In this document: piece by piece, positions 20,411-31,136 of the stretch
Layout: each line of letters begins with the position of its first letter
Position numbering within the stretch: position 1 is the stretch's first letter
Source: Obrimoposthia wandeli
Taxonomy: Eukaryota
Length of the DNA stretch: 64,000 nt
Direction of reading: 5' to 3'
Assembly: GCA_977020255.1 (NCBI GenBank)
Contig: CDROCS010001688.1
Coordinates: 186,001 to 250,000 of the forward strand
Translations under genes and position numbers: made by a program
Notes under the pieces: model-generated
The model's input: the letters and a program-made list of their open reading frames with translations, nothing else
Database searches by the model: none
Told to the model about the DNA's origin: nothing

Positions 20411-21034
20411 TTAGTATAATGACCTGTTGGTATAATTACCTATTGGTATAACATTGAGCGACGGCCATATCTGCAGCCAACTCTTTTCTTTTATACGCTG
20501 ATAAAAAACATCAGGCATCGGTCTATTAGGGTTAATTTCAACATTAAGAATCCAGTTGTGCGCTAAACCAAACGGGGAAGTAAAAACGAGTTGTCCTTTC
20601 TCATCAAGCCTAACGCCCACACAAGTCGGGATTTCTACCCAACGTGAAATAGCATCAGTCGTATCACGGTAAGGTTGGTCATTATGTTTAATGTGCATGC
20701 GTGCTTGATTTCGCACTTCCCAGTTCATAGATGGAACGAGCACTTTAAGTTTATCTGTTAGTTTTTGCTCTGTTTCACAAGAAATATCTTCTGCATCGAA
20801 ATACACTACATCAATATCGTTTAGTGGTGTCATCTCGGCTTTGTTATGCAAACTATCCCAAATAGCATTTCTCAAAAAACCAGCACCTAAAAAACAATCA
20901 GGTAAATTCAAACTTCTGACAGCACGTAAACACTCCATCCTTAACGTATCTGAAAGTAGAAGCTGCTGTGTTTTGTTTTGATATTCTTGCTCAGAATGAC
21001 TCATATTGAATTTAAATACCCCTATTACATTCAT
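20411..21034 (-). CDS. Nucleotidyltransferase family protein (DUF925)
   Basis: AGFLRN.IWD.LH, NDID..YFD, WEVRNQARMH, W.E..T.VG. Confidence 0.85.
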   Translation of the reverse strand: MNVIGVFKFNMSHSEQEYQNKTQQLLLSDTLRMECLRAVRSLNLPDCFLGAGFLRNAIWDSLHNKAEMTPLNDIDVVYFDAEDISCETEQKLTDKLKVLVPSMNWEVRNQARMHIKHNDQPYRDTTDAISRWVEIPTCVGVRLDEKGQLVFTSPFGLAHNWILNVEINPNRPMPDVFYQRIKEKSWLQIWPSLNVIPIGNYTNRSLY

Positions 21035-21106
21035 TAAAAAAGCCTGACGAATCAGGCTTAATATTTTGTAAATCTACGCTTCTATAAAACTGTATTATAA
21101 AAGCAT

Positions 21107-21931
21107 TTAAGCTACATGCTGAACCAATACAGACATGCCTTCTGCTGAAAATTCATTTGTTGCTGCCATTGCCGTAATTTCGTCTTGGCTATATTGGCTA
21201 CCATCGTAAACAACAACAATACTCGTATCACCAGATTGCAAAAACGTTGTTTCGCCAAACTCTGTATAACGGGTTGCACCTATACTGATTAACGCTTGAG
21301 TCGGATATTCAGCATTAGCTAAATGCATTGCTATATCTTCCGTTGGACCTACATCTTTCTGATTGTTCATACGATCAATAATCCACGTTAATAGTTTTTC
21401 ATGAAAGTAGCTGTAACCTACTACTGGGCTATCTTCACCATAACGAGAAACAAGATCACCGCGCTTATGAAAACTTGCAATCCGATAGCTATCTAACACG
21501 CCACCTTCTGCTAGAGAATCGATATCAAACATTGTGCTTGCGACACCCTTTGTATGTTCGCCCCAGTTCTTCTTTTCACTGATTTTTTTCGCATTCGGCT
21601 TTCGTATTGAACAATCGTTATATGCCGCAAACTTACGCGGAGTTAAAGAGACAACACGATTATCTAGATACTCAATATCGCATAGCAACGCAACTTCTGG
21701 CTCAATTTGAAGGTTATCGGCATCATTAGGTGGAATAATTGTATCGTGAGATAGCGGGTATGTTGATAAAAACCCTGCTTTGTCTGAAGGCACATAAAAA
21801 GGAAAAATGGCTTTAGGTTGAATCGCTTCTTTTACTTCCACAGCAAGAAAATCTGTCGCTTCACCAGCTTGTTCAAGATGACCAGCAAAGTTACCCGCCA
21901 CACCAAAACCAATTACATTTTTGAACGTCAT
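21107..21931 (-). CDS. DUF5718 family protein (FAH-fold-like)
   Basis: GVAGNFAGHLEQAGE, QIEPEVALLC, AYNDCSIR, KKNWG motifs. Confidence 0.7.
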   Translation of the reverse strand: MTFKNVIGFGVAGNFAGHLEQAGEATDFLAVEVKEAIQPKAIFPFYVPSDKAGFLSTYPLSHDTIIPPNDADNLQIEPEVALLCDIEYLDNRVVSLTPRKFAAYNDCSIRKPNAKKISEKKNWGEHTKGVASTMFDIDSLAEGGVLDSYRIASFHKRGDLVSRYGEDSPVVGYSYFHEKLLTWIIDRMNNQKDVGPTEDIAMHLANAEYPTQALISIGATRYTEFGETTFLQSGDTSIVVVYDGSQYSQDEITAMAATNEFSAEGMSVLVQHVA

Positions 21932-22193
21932 AGTTACCCTAATATGGTTTAAAGAGATACCTCTAGATAATAACGCCCTTACTCTTTTGAATCACTCGAA
22001 TGACACAAAGAACTTGTTCCAGCTCAACATTTTTTATTCCGCTTTACATTCGATGGTATATAAACTAAACATACTCACAGAGCATTATGCAAATTTCTTA
22101 CGAAATGCCGATAACATTCATTCTCAAGGCAAATACCTGTAGACAAAGGAATGCTCTATCCATATAGTTGGCGAAAATTAAAAACAACGTTCA

Positions 22194-23294
22194 GTGGGTG
22201 ACAGGATGCATAAAACCACCGCTATAGCAGCACTTATTTCATTCGTATTAGCGCCACCATTGGCTTTTAGTGCAACCCCTCAAGCCAAAGCGATTAATGG
22301 TACTAATGCTACCGATTACGATAGCTTGTTATTACCATGGCAAGCCGCAATAAAGCAAAAAAGCCATGATGCTACAGGATGTGGAGCCGTTGTTATTGCT
22401 GCACACTGGGTTGTAACTGCCGCACATTGTGATGTGCCTGAGTTAGGTGATGTGGTTATTGCAGGTACATCCTATATTCCTCAAGGTAATTTTTCGAAGC
22501 TTGATACCAAGTATAAATTCACTGTTATCAAGCGTATTCATCATTCAGCCTACAACAGTACAACATTCGAAAATGATATTGCCCTGTTCCAAGTTGAAGA
22601 GAGCATGTTGAATGTCGCACAACCCATCAAAATCGCCACAGTAAAAGAACAAAAAGATGCTGATGCCGATTTTAAAAATACATGGGTAAAGGGCTCCGAT
22701 TCAAAAGCCAACCTCATCGCATCGGGCTGGGGTGATACCGTAGCCAATGGAGCATTCCCTTCTGACTTACAGGTCGTCAAATTGGGTGGTATTCCTGATG
22801 ATAAGTGCAATAACACAATTAATAACAATGATTATTTTGTTTGTGCAGATTCAAATATTGCTGATTTAGTAAAAGATGTTTGTGCTGGCGATTCTGGCGG
22901 CCCTTTAATTTGGCAAAACCCATCAAACATTGCAGATACAGATAAGGGGTTACGCCTTGTTGGCATCACCAGTAACGGGGCTGATTGTAAGGTGAAAAGT
23001 GACAATCAAAGTAACCCATATTATCAACTGCATGGTCAATTCACGCAGCTTTCAAGCTATAGAGGTTGGATTGAAGACACAATTCATGCAACTGAAGGTG
23101 ATAACAGTTTTTCACTTCACGCAGTAGCTGCACCAACCATTACAAAAGACCCATTTATTGTTGTTGCTGATAGGCCTAGCGCTAAAACCCAACCTGAAGA
23201 TTCAGGCTCATCTGGCGGTTCAGTTCCATTATTTGGCTTGTTTGGCTTAGCTGCTATTGGTTTAATGCGTCGTAAAAACATTCATCAAAAGTAA
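22194..23294 (+). CDS. Secreted trypsin-like (S1) serine protease with GlyGly-CTERM anchor (VesA/B/C-like)
   Basis: Signal peptide; triad TAAHC / NDIAL / GDSGGP; C-terminus SSGGS-hydrophobic-RRK. Confidence 0.9.
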   Translation: MGDRMHKTTAIAALISFVLAPPLAFSATPQAKAINGTNATDYDSLLLPWQAAIKQKSHDATGCGAVVIAAHWVVTAAHCDVPELGDVVIAGTSYIPQGNFSKLDTKYKFTVIKRIHHSAYNSTTFENDIALFQVEESMLNVAQPIKIATVKEQKDADADFKNTWVKGSDSKANLIASGWGDTVANGAFPSDLQVVKLGGIPDDKCNNTINNNDYFVCADSNIADLVKDVCAGDSGGPLIWQNPSNIADTDKGLRLVGITSNGADCKVKSDNQSNPYYQLHGQFTQLSSYRGWIEDTIHATEGDNSFSLHAVAAPTITKDPFIVVADRPSAKTQPEDSGSSGGSVPLFGLFGLAAIGLMRRKNIHQK

Positions 23295-23361
23295 AAAAGG
23301 TCATCAAAATAGACGTACGGGCGACTAAAATAAACACGCTGAACATTAAACGCTAAACATT

Positions 23362-23410
23362 AAAAAAGGGTTCCAACTTTTACCGTTAACGTAAAAGTGG
23401 AACCCTTTTT
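23362..23410. terminator. Bidirectional terminator between the protease and RND genes
   Basis: AAAAAAGGGTTCCAACTTTTAC-CGTTAAC-GTAAAAGTGGAACCCTTTTT. Confidence 0.8.
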
Positions 23411-23420
23411 GTCTTTTGTT

Positions 23421-23470
23421 TATAGAGCCAGAACTAATGTATATAGAGCTAGAACTAAACGGCTCTATAG
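23421..23470. repeat. Short direct repeat pair plus inverted copy
   Basis: TATAGAGCCAGAACTAA (23421) and TATAGAGCTAGAACTAA (23442), then GGCTCTATAG (23461). Confidence 0.6.
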
Positions 23471-23481
23471 GTACTTAACGA

Positions 23482-26400
23482 CTATTTTTCATCTTCTAAT
23501 GCAATCAGCTTCGTTGAACCACCATGGAATTTCTCTCGGCGTTTCTGAACCAGAGCAAAGAAGCCCGGAATCAAGAAGGTACCTGCAAGTAACACACAAA
23601 GTAGACCACCTGTTAGGGAAATACCTAACGAGTTCTGACTAATATGGCCCGCACCAGATGCAAAGATTAATGGCAAAATACCCAAGATAAATGACCACGA
23701 TGTCATATTCACCGCACGGAAACGTAATTTACCACCACGTACCGCAGCCTTCCCGATATCCAGCTCGTTTTCTTCACGTTCAATTTTGGCGAATTCAACA
23801 ATCAATATCGCATTCTTCGCGGCCAAGGCTATCAAGAGAACCAAACCAATTTGAGCATACAAGTTCAGCGGTGTGCCCGTCATGGCAAGAGCCAAAAATG
23901 ACCCTAATGTCGCAACAGGAACAACCAGAATGATAGCAAGAGGTATACTCCAACTTTCGTACTGAGCAACCATGAACAAGTAAATAAAGATTAGAGCCAG
24001 TGCAAATGCATAGATCGCTTGGTTACCCGCTTTCACTTCTTGGTAAGCCATACCAGTCCATTCATATTGATAACCTTGCGGTAAAACATCTGCAGCTACA
24101 CGTTCCATCGCAGCAATCGCGTCACCACTAGAATAACCCGGTGCAGGGCTACCTTGAATGACAGCCGAACGATACATGTTATAACGCCACGCCACATCCG
24201 GTTCGAATACAGTCTCAATAGAGGTAAGTGTACTCAATGGAATCATATCGCCAGAGGCTGAACGCACGTGGAAACGCTCAAGTGCATCTAAATTATCTCG
24301 ATATTCACTGTCTGCCTGTACTGTTACACGGAAGTTTTTACCGTATAACGTAAAGTCATTCACATACATGGAACCTAAGTTACCCTGTAGCGTTTGGAAA
24401 ATATCGGTTAGTGGTATGCCTAGTTGCTTCGCTTTTACACGGTCTATATCAACATAGAAGTGAGGAACATTGGCACGGAATGTACTAAAGGTGAACTGAA
24501 TTTCAGGTTGCTGATTCGCTTTCTGAATCATCTCGCCCATGACATTCGCCAAATCGGTACGGCTTCGACCTAAAGTATCTTCAAGAACAAATTCAAAACC
24601 TGAAGCTGCTCCCATACCTGGTACTGCTGGTGCGCCCATCGCGAATATTATCGCGTCTGGTAATTCCGTTGCTGAACGAGCATTGATACGATTTGAAATA
24701 GCAAAAGATGAATGGTCACCTTCCATTTCATTTCGTACGCCCCACTCTTTTAACTTAATAAACAGTGATGCACCGTTTGATGCAGCTGCACCCGTTAAGA
24801 ACGCATAACCATTTGCAACAGTAATACCTTCAATACCCGGCTCTTCTGCAAGAATATCTTGAAGCTTGATGGTTGTTTCTTCAGTACGTGACAACGAAGC
24901 AGAATCTGGCAACTGCACGTTAACAAGTAAAATACCTTTATCTTCAGTAGGTACAAACGCGGTCGATGTTGTCTTCGCTAGGTAGGTTACCGCTCCTACT
25001 GCCAAAATAAAGAATGTGACTAACAGTACAGATTTGCGAACGAGGTAGCCTGCAATCGAACCATATTTCAACGTAACATTATCAAGACCTTTGTTGAATT
25101 TTTTAAACCAACGCGACTTATTACCATCACCTTGTTTCAGCACTAATGAACATAGAGCAGGTGAAAGTGTTAATGCATTAATAGATGAAATTACAACAGA
25201 TATACAGATGGTTAGCGCAAACTGACGGTACATAATACCGGTAATGCCGGGAAGCATTGCAACCGGTATGAATACAGCCAACAGAACCATTGTTGAGGTA
25301 ATAATCGGACCTGTTACTTCTTTCATTGCAATCAAAGTTGCTTGACGAGGTGACAGGCTTGGGTCTCGCGCCATATTGGTATCAACATTCTCGATAACCA
25401 AAATGGCATCATCGACCACAATACCAATAGCAAGGATTAAGCCAAATAGCGTGACTGTATTTATCGTAAACCCAGCAGCCAGCATAATGGCAAACGTACC
25501 AATCAGCGATACAGGTATGGCCACAACAGGGATTAATGTCGAGCGTATGCTACCTAAGAACATATACGTAACAGCAATAACCAATATGATGGCTTGAATC
25601 AGAGTAACAACTACCCCTTTAATCGATTCAGCAACAAACAAGGTTGTATCGTAGCTTGTTTCGTATGCCATACCTTCAGGAAAGTCTTTATTCATTCCAT
25701 CCAATAAATTCATTACCGCGTCACCACTTTCCAATGCGTTTGCATCAGACTGAAGGTTTAGCGTAACAATGGCAGCAGGTTGACCACGGAACATGCCATT
25801 ACCGGTGTAGAATTTTTTACCCAGCTCTACACGCGCAACGTCTTTTAAGAATACAATCGAACCATCATTGTTAGCACGAAGCACAACATCTTCGAATTCT
25901 TCAACGGTCTCCAAGCGTCCTTTTGTTACAAGGTTAAACTGGACTTCTTGCGCATTATTGTAAGGCGGAGCGCCTACCTGGCCTGCTGCAACCTGAACGT
26001 TTTGTTCAGCAAGAGCCACATTCACATCAGATGTTGTCAGACCAAGGTTAGCCATTTTTTCAGGATTAAGCCAAACACGCATCGCATATTCGCCACCACC
26101 CAGAACATTAACCTCACTGATCCCTTTCACACGAGCAAGCTGATCTTTTACATTTAAGTTAATATAGTTAACCAAGAATTGGTCGTCATACTTACCATCA
26201 GGTGAATAGAAGTTCAGCACCATCAATAAATCAGGAGAACGCTTCTTAACCGTCACACCCACCATACGAACTTCAGCAGGAAGCTTAGATTCAATTTGGG
26301 AAATACGGTTTTGGACGTTAACCTGAGCCATATCTGGGTCAGTACCAATATCAAAAGTCACATTCAGGCTGTATGAACCATCGTTGGCACTTTTAGAAGA

Positions 26401-26637
26401 CATGTAAATCATGTTTTCTACGCCATTCACCGATGCTTCAATCGGATCTGCAATTGCTTCTTCAACAACCTCGGCACTTGCACCTGAGTAATAAGCAGTC
26501 ACACCAACTGAAGGTGGACTAATTTTCGGGTATTCCGCCACAGGTAAGCTTAAGGCAGCAATTGCCCCAGCAAGCGTTAGAATAATAGATATAACCAACG
26601 CAAACTTTGGACGTTGGATAAAAAAGCGACTTAGCAT
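23482..26637 (-). CDS. HAE1 RND efflux permease
   Basis: 1051 aa; [38 protein letters not shown] motifs. Confidence 0.95.
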   Translation of the reverse strand: MLSRFFIQRPKFALVISIILTLAGAIAALSLPVAEYPKISPPSVGVTAYYSGASAEVVEEAIADPIEASVNGVENMIYMSSKSANDGSYSLNVTFDIGTDPDMAQVNVQNRISQIESKLPAEVRMVGVTVKKRSPDLLMVLNFYSPDGKYDDQFLVNYINLNVKDQLARVKGISEVNVLGGGEYAMRVWLNPEKMANLGLTTSDVNVALAEQNVQVAAGQVGAPPYNNAQEVQFNLVTKGRLETVEEFEDVVLRANNDGSIVFLKDVARVELGKKFYTGNGMFRGQPAAIVTLNLQSDANALESGDAVMNLLDGMNKDFPEGMAYETSYDTTLFVAESIKGVVVTLIQAIILVIAVTYMFLGSIRSTLIPVVAIPVSLIGTFAIMLAAGFTINTVTLFGLILAIGIVVDDAILVIENVDTNMARDPSLSPRQATLIAMKEVTGPIITSTMVLLAVFIPVAMLPGITGIMYRQFALTICISVVISSINALTLSPALCSLVLKQGDGNKSRWFKKFNKGLDNVTLKYGSIAGYLVRKSVLLVTFFILAVGAVTYLAKTTSTAFVPTEDKGILLVNVQLPDSASLSRTEETTIKLQDILAEEPGIEGITVANGYAFLTGAAASNGASLFIKLKEWGVRNEMEGDHSSFAISNRINARSATELPDAIIFAMGAPAVPGMGAASGFEFVLEDTLGRSRTDLANVMGEMIQKANQQPEIQFTFSTFRANVPHFYVDIDRVKAKQLGIPLTDIFQTLQGNLGSMYVNDFTLYGKNFRVTVQADSEYRDNLDALERFHVRSASGDMIPLSTLTSIETVFEPDVAWRYNMYRSAVIQGSPAPGYSSGDAIAAMERVAADVLPQGYQYEWTGMAYQEVKAGNQAIYAFALALIFIYLFMVAQYESWSIPLAIILVVPVATLGSFLALAMTGTPLNLYAQIGLVLLIALAAKNAILIVEFAKIEREENELDIGKAAVRGGKLRFRAVNMTSWSFILGILPLIFASGAGHISQNSLGISLTGGLLCVLLAGTFLIPGFFALVQKRREKFHGGSTKLIALEDEK

Positions 26638-27761
26638 TATTTATCCTTCGCTTCAGTTTCTTCAACACGAACCGTGATACCGTTACGTACACGCTGTAAG
26701 CCTTTCGTCATCACAATATCAGTTGCATCAATACCATCAGCAATGATGATGCCCTGCACTGTTTGAGGGCCCATAATCACGTTACGACGCTCAGCTACAT
26801 TGTCTTCTTTTAATACCATCACAAAATCACCTTCAAGATCGCTTTGCACAGCACGACGAGGAATTACAATTTTTTGTACGGGTATTTTCTCACGTAAAAA
26901 GACTTGTACGTGCTGACCTGGAAGTAGACGTTGATCTGGGTTATCGAATTTAGCGCGCATTGCAATCGTACCCGTATTCAAATCAATACGGTTACCAATG
27001 TAATCGACTTCACCAAGGTGCGCATATTCTTCGCCATTATTTAATGTAAGCAGTACTTCAACGTTACCCTTACCCTCACCACTACCATCTAAGTAATCAA
27101 TGCCTAATTCAAGACGTTCACGTTCACTTAGGTTAAAAGTAGTTTGCATTGGGTCTAAACTGACCAAGGTAGTAAGCACACCCGCAGAAGGCGACACTAA
27201 ATCACCAAGGCTCACTTTACTATCACTAATTCGACCGCTGAAAGGGGCTGAAATACTTGTATATGATAAGTCGACTTCAGCTGAATGATATTGTGCCTTA
27301 GCCGCTTTAAATTGGGCTATTGCACTTAAGTTTTCAGCCGTTAATCGGTCAAATTCCGATTCGCTAATACTGCCTTTTGGTAATAGATTTTGACCACGTT
27401 TAAAATCGAGGTCTGCTTTTTTCAAATTCGCTTCTGCTTGAGAAATGGCCGCTTGTGCACTAGCCAATTTAGCCTCATAAGCTGCCGGTTCAATTTGAAA
27501 TAACAATTGTCCTTTTTCTACTAATTGCCCTTCAGTGAAAAAGCGCTCTTTTAAATACCCAGACACTTGTGCTGTAATTAACACATCTTCAAGTGCTTCT
27601 GTACGACCCACATATTGCTTACCTTGTTGATAATCAATAACAGTAACGGGCTCTACAACAACTAAAGGACCTTGTGGAGATTTTTGTCCCGAGACTTTAT
27701 CGCCACAACCAACAAGTAGGCTCGTGCTTACCAGCGTTGCGATAATAAGTTTTTTATTCAT
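26637..27761 (-). CDS. RND periplasmic adaptor (membrane fusion protein)
   Basis: Lipobox LVGC; AQVSGYL, I.APFSGRI, LLPGQ.V motifs; coupled to the RND gene. Confidence 0.93.
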   Translation of the reverse strand: MNKKLIIATLVSTSLLVGCGDKVSGQKSPQGPLVVVEPVTVIDYQQGKQYVGRTEALEDVLITAQVSGYLKERFFTEGQLVEKGQLLFQIEPAAYEAKLASAQAAISQAEANLKKADLDFKRGQNLLPKGSISESEFDRLTAENLSAIAQFKAAKAQYHSAEVDLSYTSISAPFSGRISDSKVSLGDLVSPSAGVLTTLVSLDPMQTTFNLSERERLELGIDYLDGSGEGKGNVEVLLTLNNGEEYAHLGEVDYIGNRIDLNTGTIAMRAKFDNPDQRLLPGQHVQVFLREKIPVQKIVIPRRAVQSDLEGDFVMVLKEDNVAERRNVIMGPQTVQGIIIADGIDATDIVMTKGLQRVRNGITVRVEETEAKDK

Positions 27762-28046
27762 TTATGCTGACCATCGATTAAATAAAACATACAAAAAACG
27801 AACGCAATAAAAGTGCGTTCAAATTAAAATAACATTTATAAAACATATACTTTTTTAATAATAATAAGGTAACAATTTGGCTTTAATGAAAGCTGAATGG
27901 TAGGGAATAATACACATCTTTTGAAAGTAATTTGTTTCAAAATATTTCAAAATTGGATATATATAACAAATAGTTTAATAATGGTTTAAATAGCCACAAA
28001 TAGTAGCCGTAATCAGCATAAATAATACTTAGGAAGCATAGATAGA

Positions 28047-28982
28047 ATGGATTTTTTCCCAGTTTTTTTGAGTTTGAAGAGTAAAAAAATCTTAGTTATT
28101 GGCGGCGGTGAAGTTGCTTGTAGAAAAGTTGACCTATTATTGAAAGCAAAAGCAGATATCACGCTTGTATCGCCTGAGTTGCATCCTCACTTATCTCGCT
28201 TAGTCGATAACAAAATGCTCAATTACATAAGCAGAGAATATCAATCGAATGATGTTATAGGCTTTCACCAAGTATGGGCAACAACGAATGTGCGAGAACT
28301 GAATCACCAAGTATTTAATGACGCTAACGCATTAGGTATCTGGACCAACGTTGTCGACGACCCCAAATATTGTAATTTCATTACGCCATCAATGATCGAT
28401 AGAACCCCTATTCAGGTGGCTGTTTCAAGTGGTGGTGCTTCACCTGTTTTGGTGCGTTTTATACGAGAAAAACTAGAAACTCAACTACCTCAGAATTTAA
28501 GCCTGCTTGCAGCCTATTCAGGTAAACAACGCGATCGCATTAAACAATACTTTGGTACCGTGGATGAAAGACGTAAGTTTTGGGAAGCTTATTTTCGATT
28601 ACCGGCTGTTGAGAATGCAGCGACTGAAAGTGATTTAGAAGTAGCGTTCACATCATTACTTGAAAACAATACCGCGCAAACAGGTAACTTGTATCTGATT
28701 GAAACGGGTGATGACGCAGAAATGCTGTCTTTAAAAGCCCTTCGACTTATGCAGCAATCAGAATATGTATTATTTCCTGCGGCTAAAGATGATATTTTCG
28801 TCGACTTATGCCGTCGTGATGCTGATCGTGAAAGCTATTCAAATGAGCTTGTTGTTAATAAAGTACAAAGCTTACTGAATGAAAATTTAAGAGTATGTGT
28901 ACTCGCCCCCAAAGGCGCGCACATTGAATCACTAAAGGCATTAAACACAAGCTTTGGTGGTCAGTTTGTACCTTGCTTATAG
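28047..28982 (+). CDS. Siroheme synthase-like protein: precorrin-2 dehydrogenase/ferrochelatase with degenerate methyltransferase remnant
   Basis: FP.F..L...K.LV.GGG.VA.RK, NVVD.P..C.FI.PS, SSGG.SPVL; C-terminal LKALRLMQQ present but GxGPGD absent. Confidence 0.8.
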   Translation: MDFFPVFLSLKSKKILVIGGGEVACRKVDLLLKAKADITLVSPELHPHLSRLVDNKMLNYISREYQSNDVIGFHQVWATTNVRELNHQVFNDANALGIWTNVVDDPKYCNFITPSMIDRTPIQVAVSSGGASPVLVRFIREKLETQLPQNLSLLAAYSGKQRDRIKQYFGTVDERRKFWEAYFRLPAVENAATESDLEVAFTSLLENNTAQTGNLYLIETGDDAEMLSLKALRLMQQSEYVLFPAAKDDIFVDLCRRDADRESYSNELVVNKVQSLLNENLRVCVLAPKGAHIESLKALNTSFGGQFVPCL

Positions 28983-29132
28983 CAGCTATTTTCTAAAACA
29001 AAGCGTATTAATGAAAACAGAACAATAAATAAGCTATAAAAAAACCGCATTTACATTATTGAAATAACGTAAATGCGGCAACAGTTACACTCAGTGGATT
29101 TATTTTTGGTATATAAGGGGGATTTCGAATAT

Positions 29133-29618
29133 CTACTCGGCTTTCGCTGCCGTTAGATTGGAATTTGGTTGTTGTAATTTCGTATGTAACCATAACCCTG
29201 ACGTTTTCATGGTATAACCAAATAAAGCACCCAAAATTAATGATGGAATAACTAACTGCCAATCACCGTTTGATGCAAATGTTGCACAAGAACCAATAAA
29301 AGTACCAGGAATGAAATTTAACCATGATTTTTTAGCCTGAATACACATCATGAATGCAACAAAAGCAGTTACAACGTAACCAATAATTTCAAGACTAAAC
29401 ATACTTGAGAGATGGATTATCACCATTGCCCAAAATACACCACTCAGATTAGTAACAATACTTAGCCCTAAGCCTTTCACGCCATCTTTCGGTGATGCAA
29501 AGTAAGTAGTGCATCCTAGAAATCCTGCCCAGCTTAGCAAACCAAGTGAAATGGCGACCCAGCCCCAGATACCTGACAAAATACCTGTTGTTAATGCAAT
29601 CGCTACTAATACCGTCAT
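29133..29618 (-). CDS. DUF1097 (YcdZ-like) membrane protein
   Basis: WAGFLGCT.YFA, FIPG.F.G.C.TFA motifs. Confidence 0.85.
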   Translation of the reverse strand: MTVLVAIALTTGILSGIWGWVAISLGLLSWAGFLGCTTYFASPKDGVKGLGLSIVTNLSGVFWAMVIIHLSSMFSLEIIGYVVTAFVAFMMCIQAKKSWLNFIPGTFIGSCATFASNGDWQLVIPSLILGALFGYTMKTSGLWLHTKLQQPNSNLTAAKAE

Positions 29619-29989
29619 GATGTAATCTCATATCTAAAGAAAATAGTCTTAATCTGTAAACAGTGTAAGCGTTCAAGATAAAAACACATAAGACCAAGAT
29701 CACACTTATAATCATTTAGTTACATGTGATCTCGCAATAATTAGATCTAAATCTCATTTTACCGATATTTATCAACACACACGTGCCGATTCAGTACAGA
29801 ATCAGAAAGCGTGATAATCACAGCAATAAACACAGTGTTTACCTACGGACACAATGTAGATGTCGATATTACACTTAACACCTCTTCTACAATAATTATT
29901 CCACTGCAAGTCATAATTCAAATTGCGGATATCTCGGGCTGTGGTAATTTACCCATATCTTTGATATTCCCCTATTTCGGAGCACATCC

Positions 29990-30994
29990 ATGGGTCCATT
30001 AATGCTTGACGTATTAGGTTATGAACTTAATGCAGAAGAACGTGAAATAATCCAACATCCAACAGTGGGAGGAATCATTTTCTTCGCCCGCAACTATCAC
30101 GACCGTGCTCAATTACGTGCCCTCACCAAAGAAATTCGTAAAACGGCTGCTAAGCCCCTTCTTATTGCCGTTGATCAAGAAGGCGGACGAGTACAACGTT
30201 TTCGTGATGAATTCACGCAGCTGCCTCCTGCTCGCGCATTCGAACAACATAACCATGGTGTTGAGCTAGCTAAAAAAGGGGGATGGTTAATGGCTGCAGA
30301 ATTGCTGGCTATGGATATAGACCTAAGCCTTGCCCCTGTATTGGATCTTGGCTTTGATTGTAAAGCAATCGGTGATCGTGCTTTTTCTGACGACCCAAAG
30401 AAAATCATCAAATATGCTAGCCAGTTTATTAAAGGCATGAAACAAGCTGGTATGGCAACAACGGGGAAGCATTTCCCTGGTCATGGCGGTGTTATTGCCG
30501 ATTCTCATCTCGAAACACCGTTTGACTCAAGAGAGAACATAAAAGAGCACGATATGATCGTGTTTAAGTACCTTATTGAAAATAACCTCTTAGATGCGAT
30601 GATGCCTGCGCACGTTGTATTTGATGCCTATGATGACAAACCAGCCAGTGGTTCTGATTATTGGCTAAAACGCGTACTACGCCAAGATTTACGCTTTAAA
30701 GGCGTCGTATTTTCTGACGATCTTAATATGAAAGGTGCTGATGTTATGGGCAGTTACAGTGAGCGAGCTGTAGCCGCTCAGCAAGCTGGTTGTGACATGG
30801 TTATGCTATGCAATAACCGAGAGGGTGCCATTCAGGCTTTAGACGGTCTACCCCAAATTAATGTACCCATTCTGGATACTCTGTTAAAACGACCAACAGG
30901 TGAATATCAAGATCTTATTAAAACAAGCATGTGGAAAGAAACTGAACGAGAAATTAGTCGCTTAAGTTTAGAGTGGCGTGAAAAGCACAGTTAA
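29990..30994 (+). CDS. nagZ: Beta-N-acetylhexosaminidase (GH3)
   Basis: MGPLMLDV, DQEGGRVQR, KHFPGHG, DSH, FSDDL.M. Confidence 0.93.
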   Translation: MGPLMLDVLGYELNAEEREIIQHPTVGGIIFFARNYHDRAQLRALTKEIRKTAAKPLLIAVDQEGGRVQRFRDEFTQLPPARAFEQHNHGVELAKKGGWLMAAELLAMDIDLSLAPVLDLGFDCKAIGDRAFSDDPKKIIKYASQFIKGMKQAGMATTGKHFPGHGGVIADSHLETPFDSRENIKEHDMIVFKYLIENNLLDAMMPAHVVFDAYDDKPASGSDYWLKRVLRQDLRFKGVVFSDDLNMKGADVMGSYSERAVAAQQAGCDMVMLCNNREGAIQALDGLPQINVPILDTLLKRPTGEYQDLIKTSMWKETEREISRLSLEWREKHS

Positions 30995-31038
30995 TTGCTT
31001 ATTTTGATAAAAAAGATTTTCACATAAAAAAATATATT

Positions 31039-31065
31039 GAAGGCGAGCATAATGCTCGCCTTCAA
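31039..31065. terminator. Hairpin between convergent nagZ and EAL genes
   Basis: TTGAAGGCGAGCA-TAA-TGCTCGCCTTCAA. Confidence 0.65.
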
Positions 31066-31136
31066 ATGTAACGGCATTGATGCATTGCTATATTAATTAT
31101 AGCTACATTAATAATTGCTATATAAATCGCTACACC

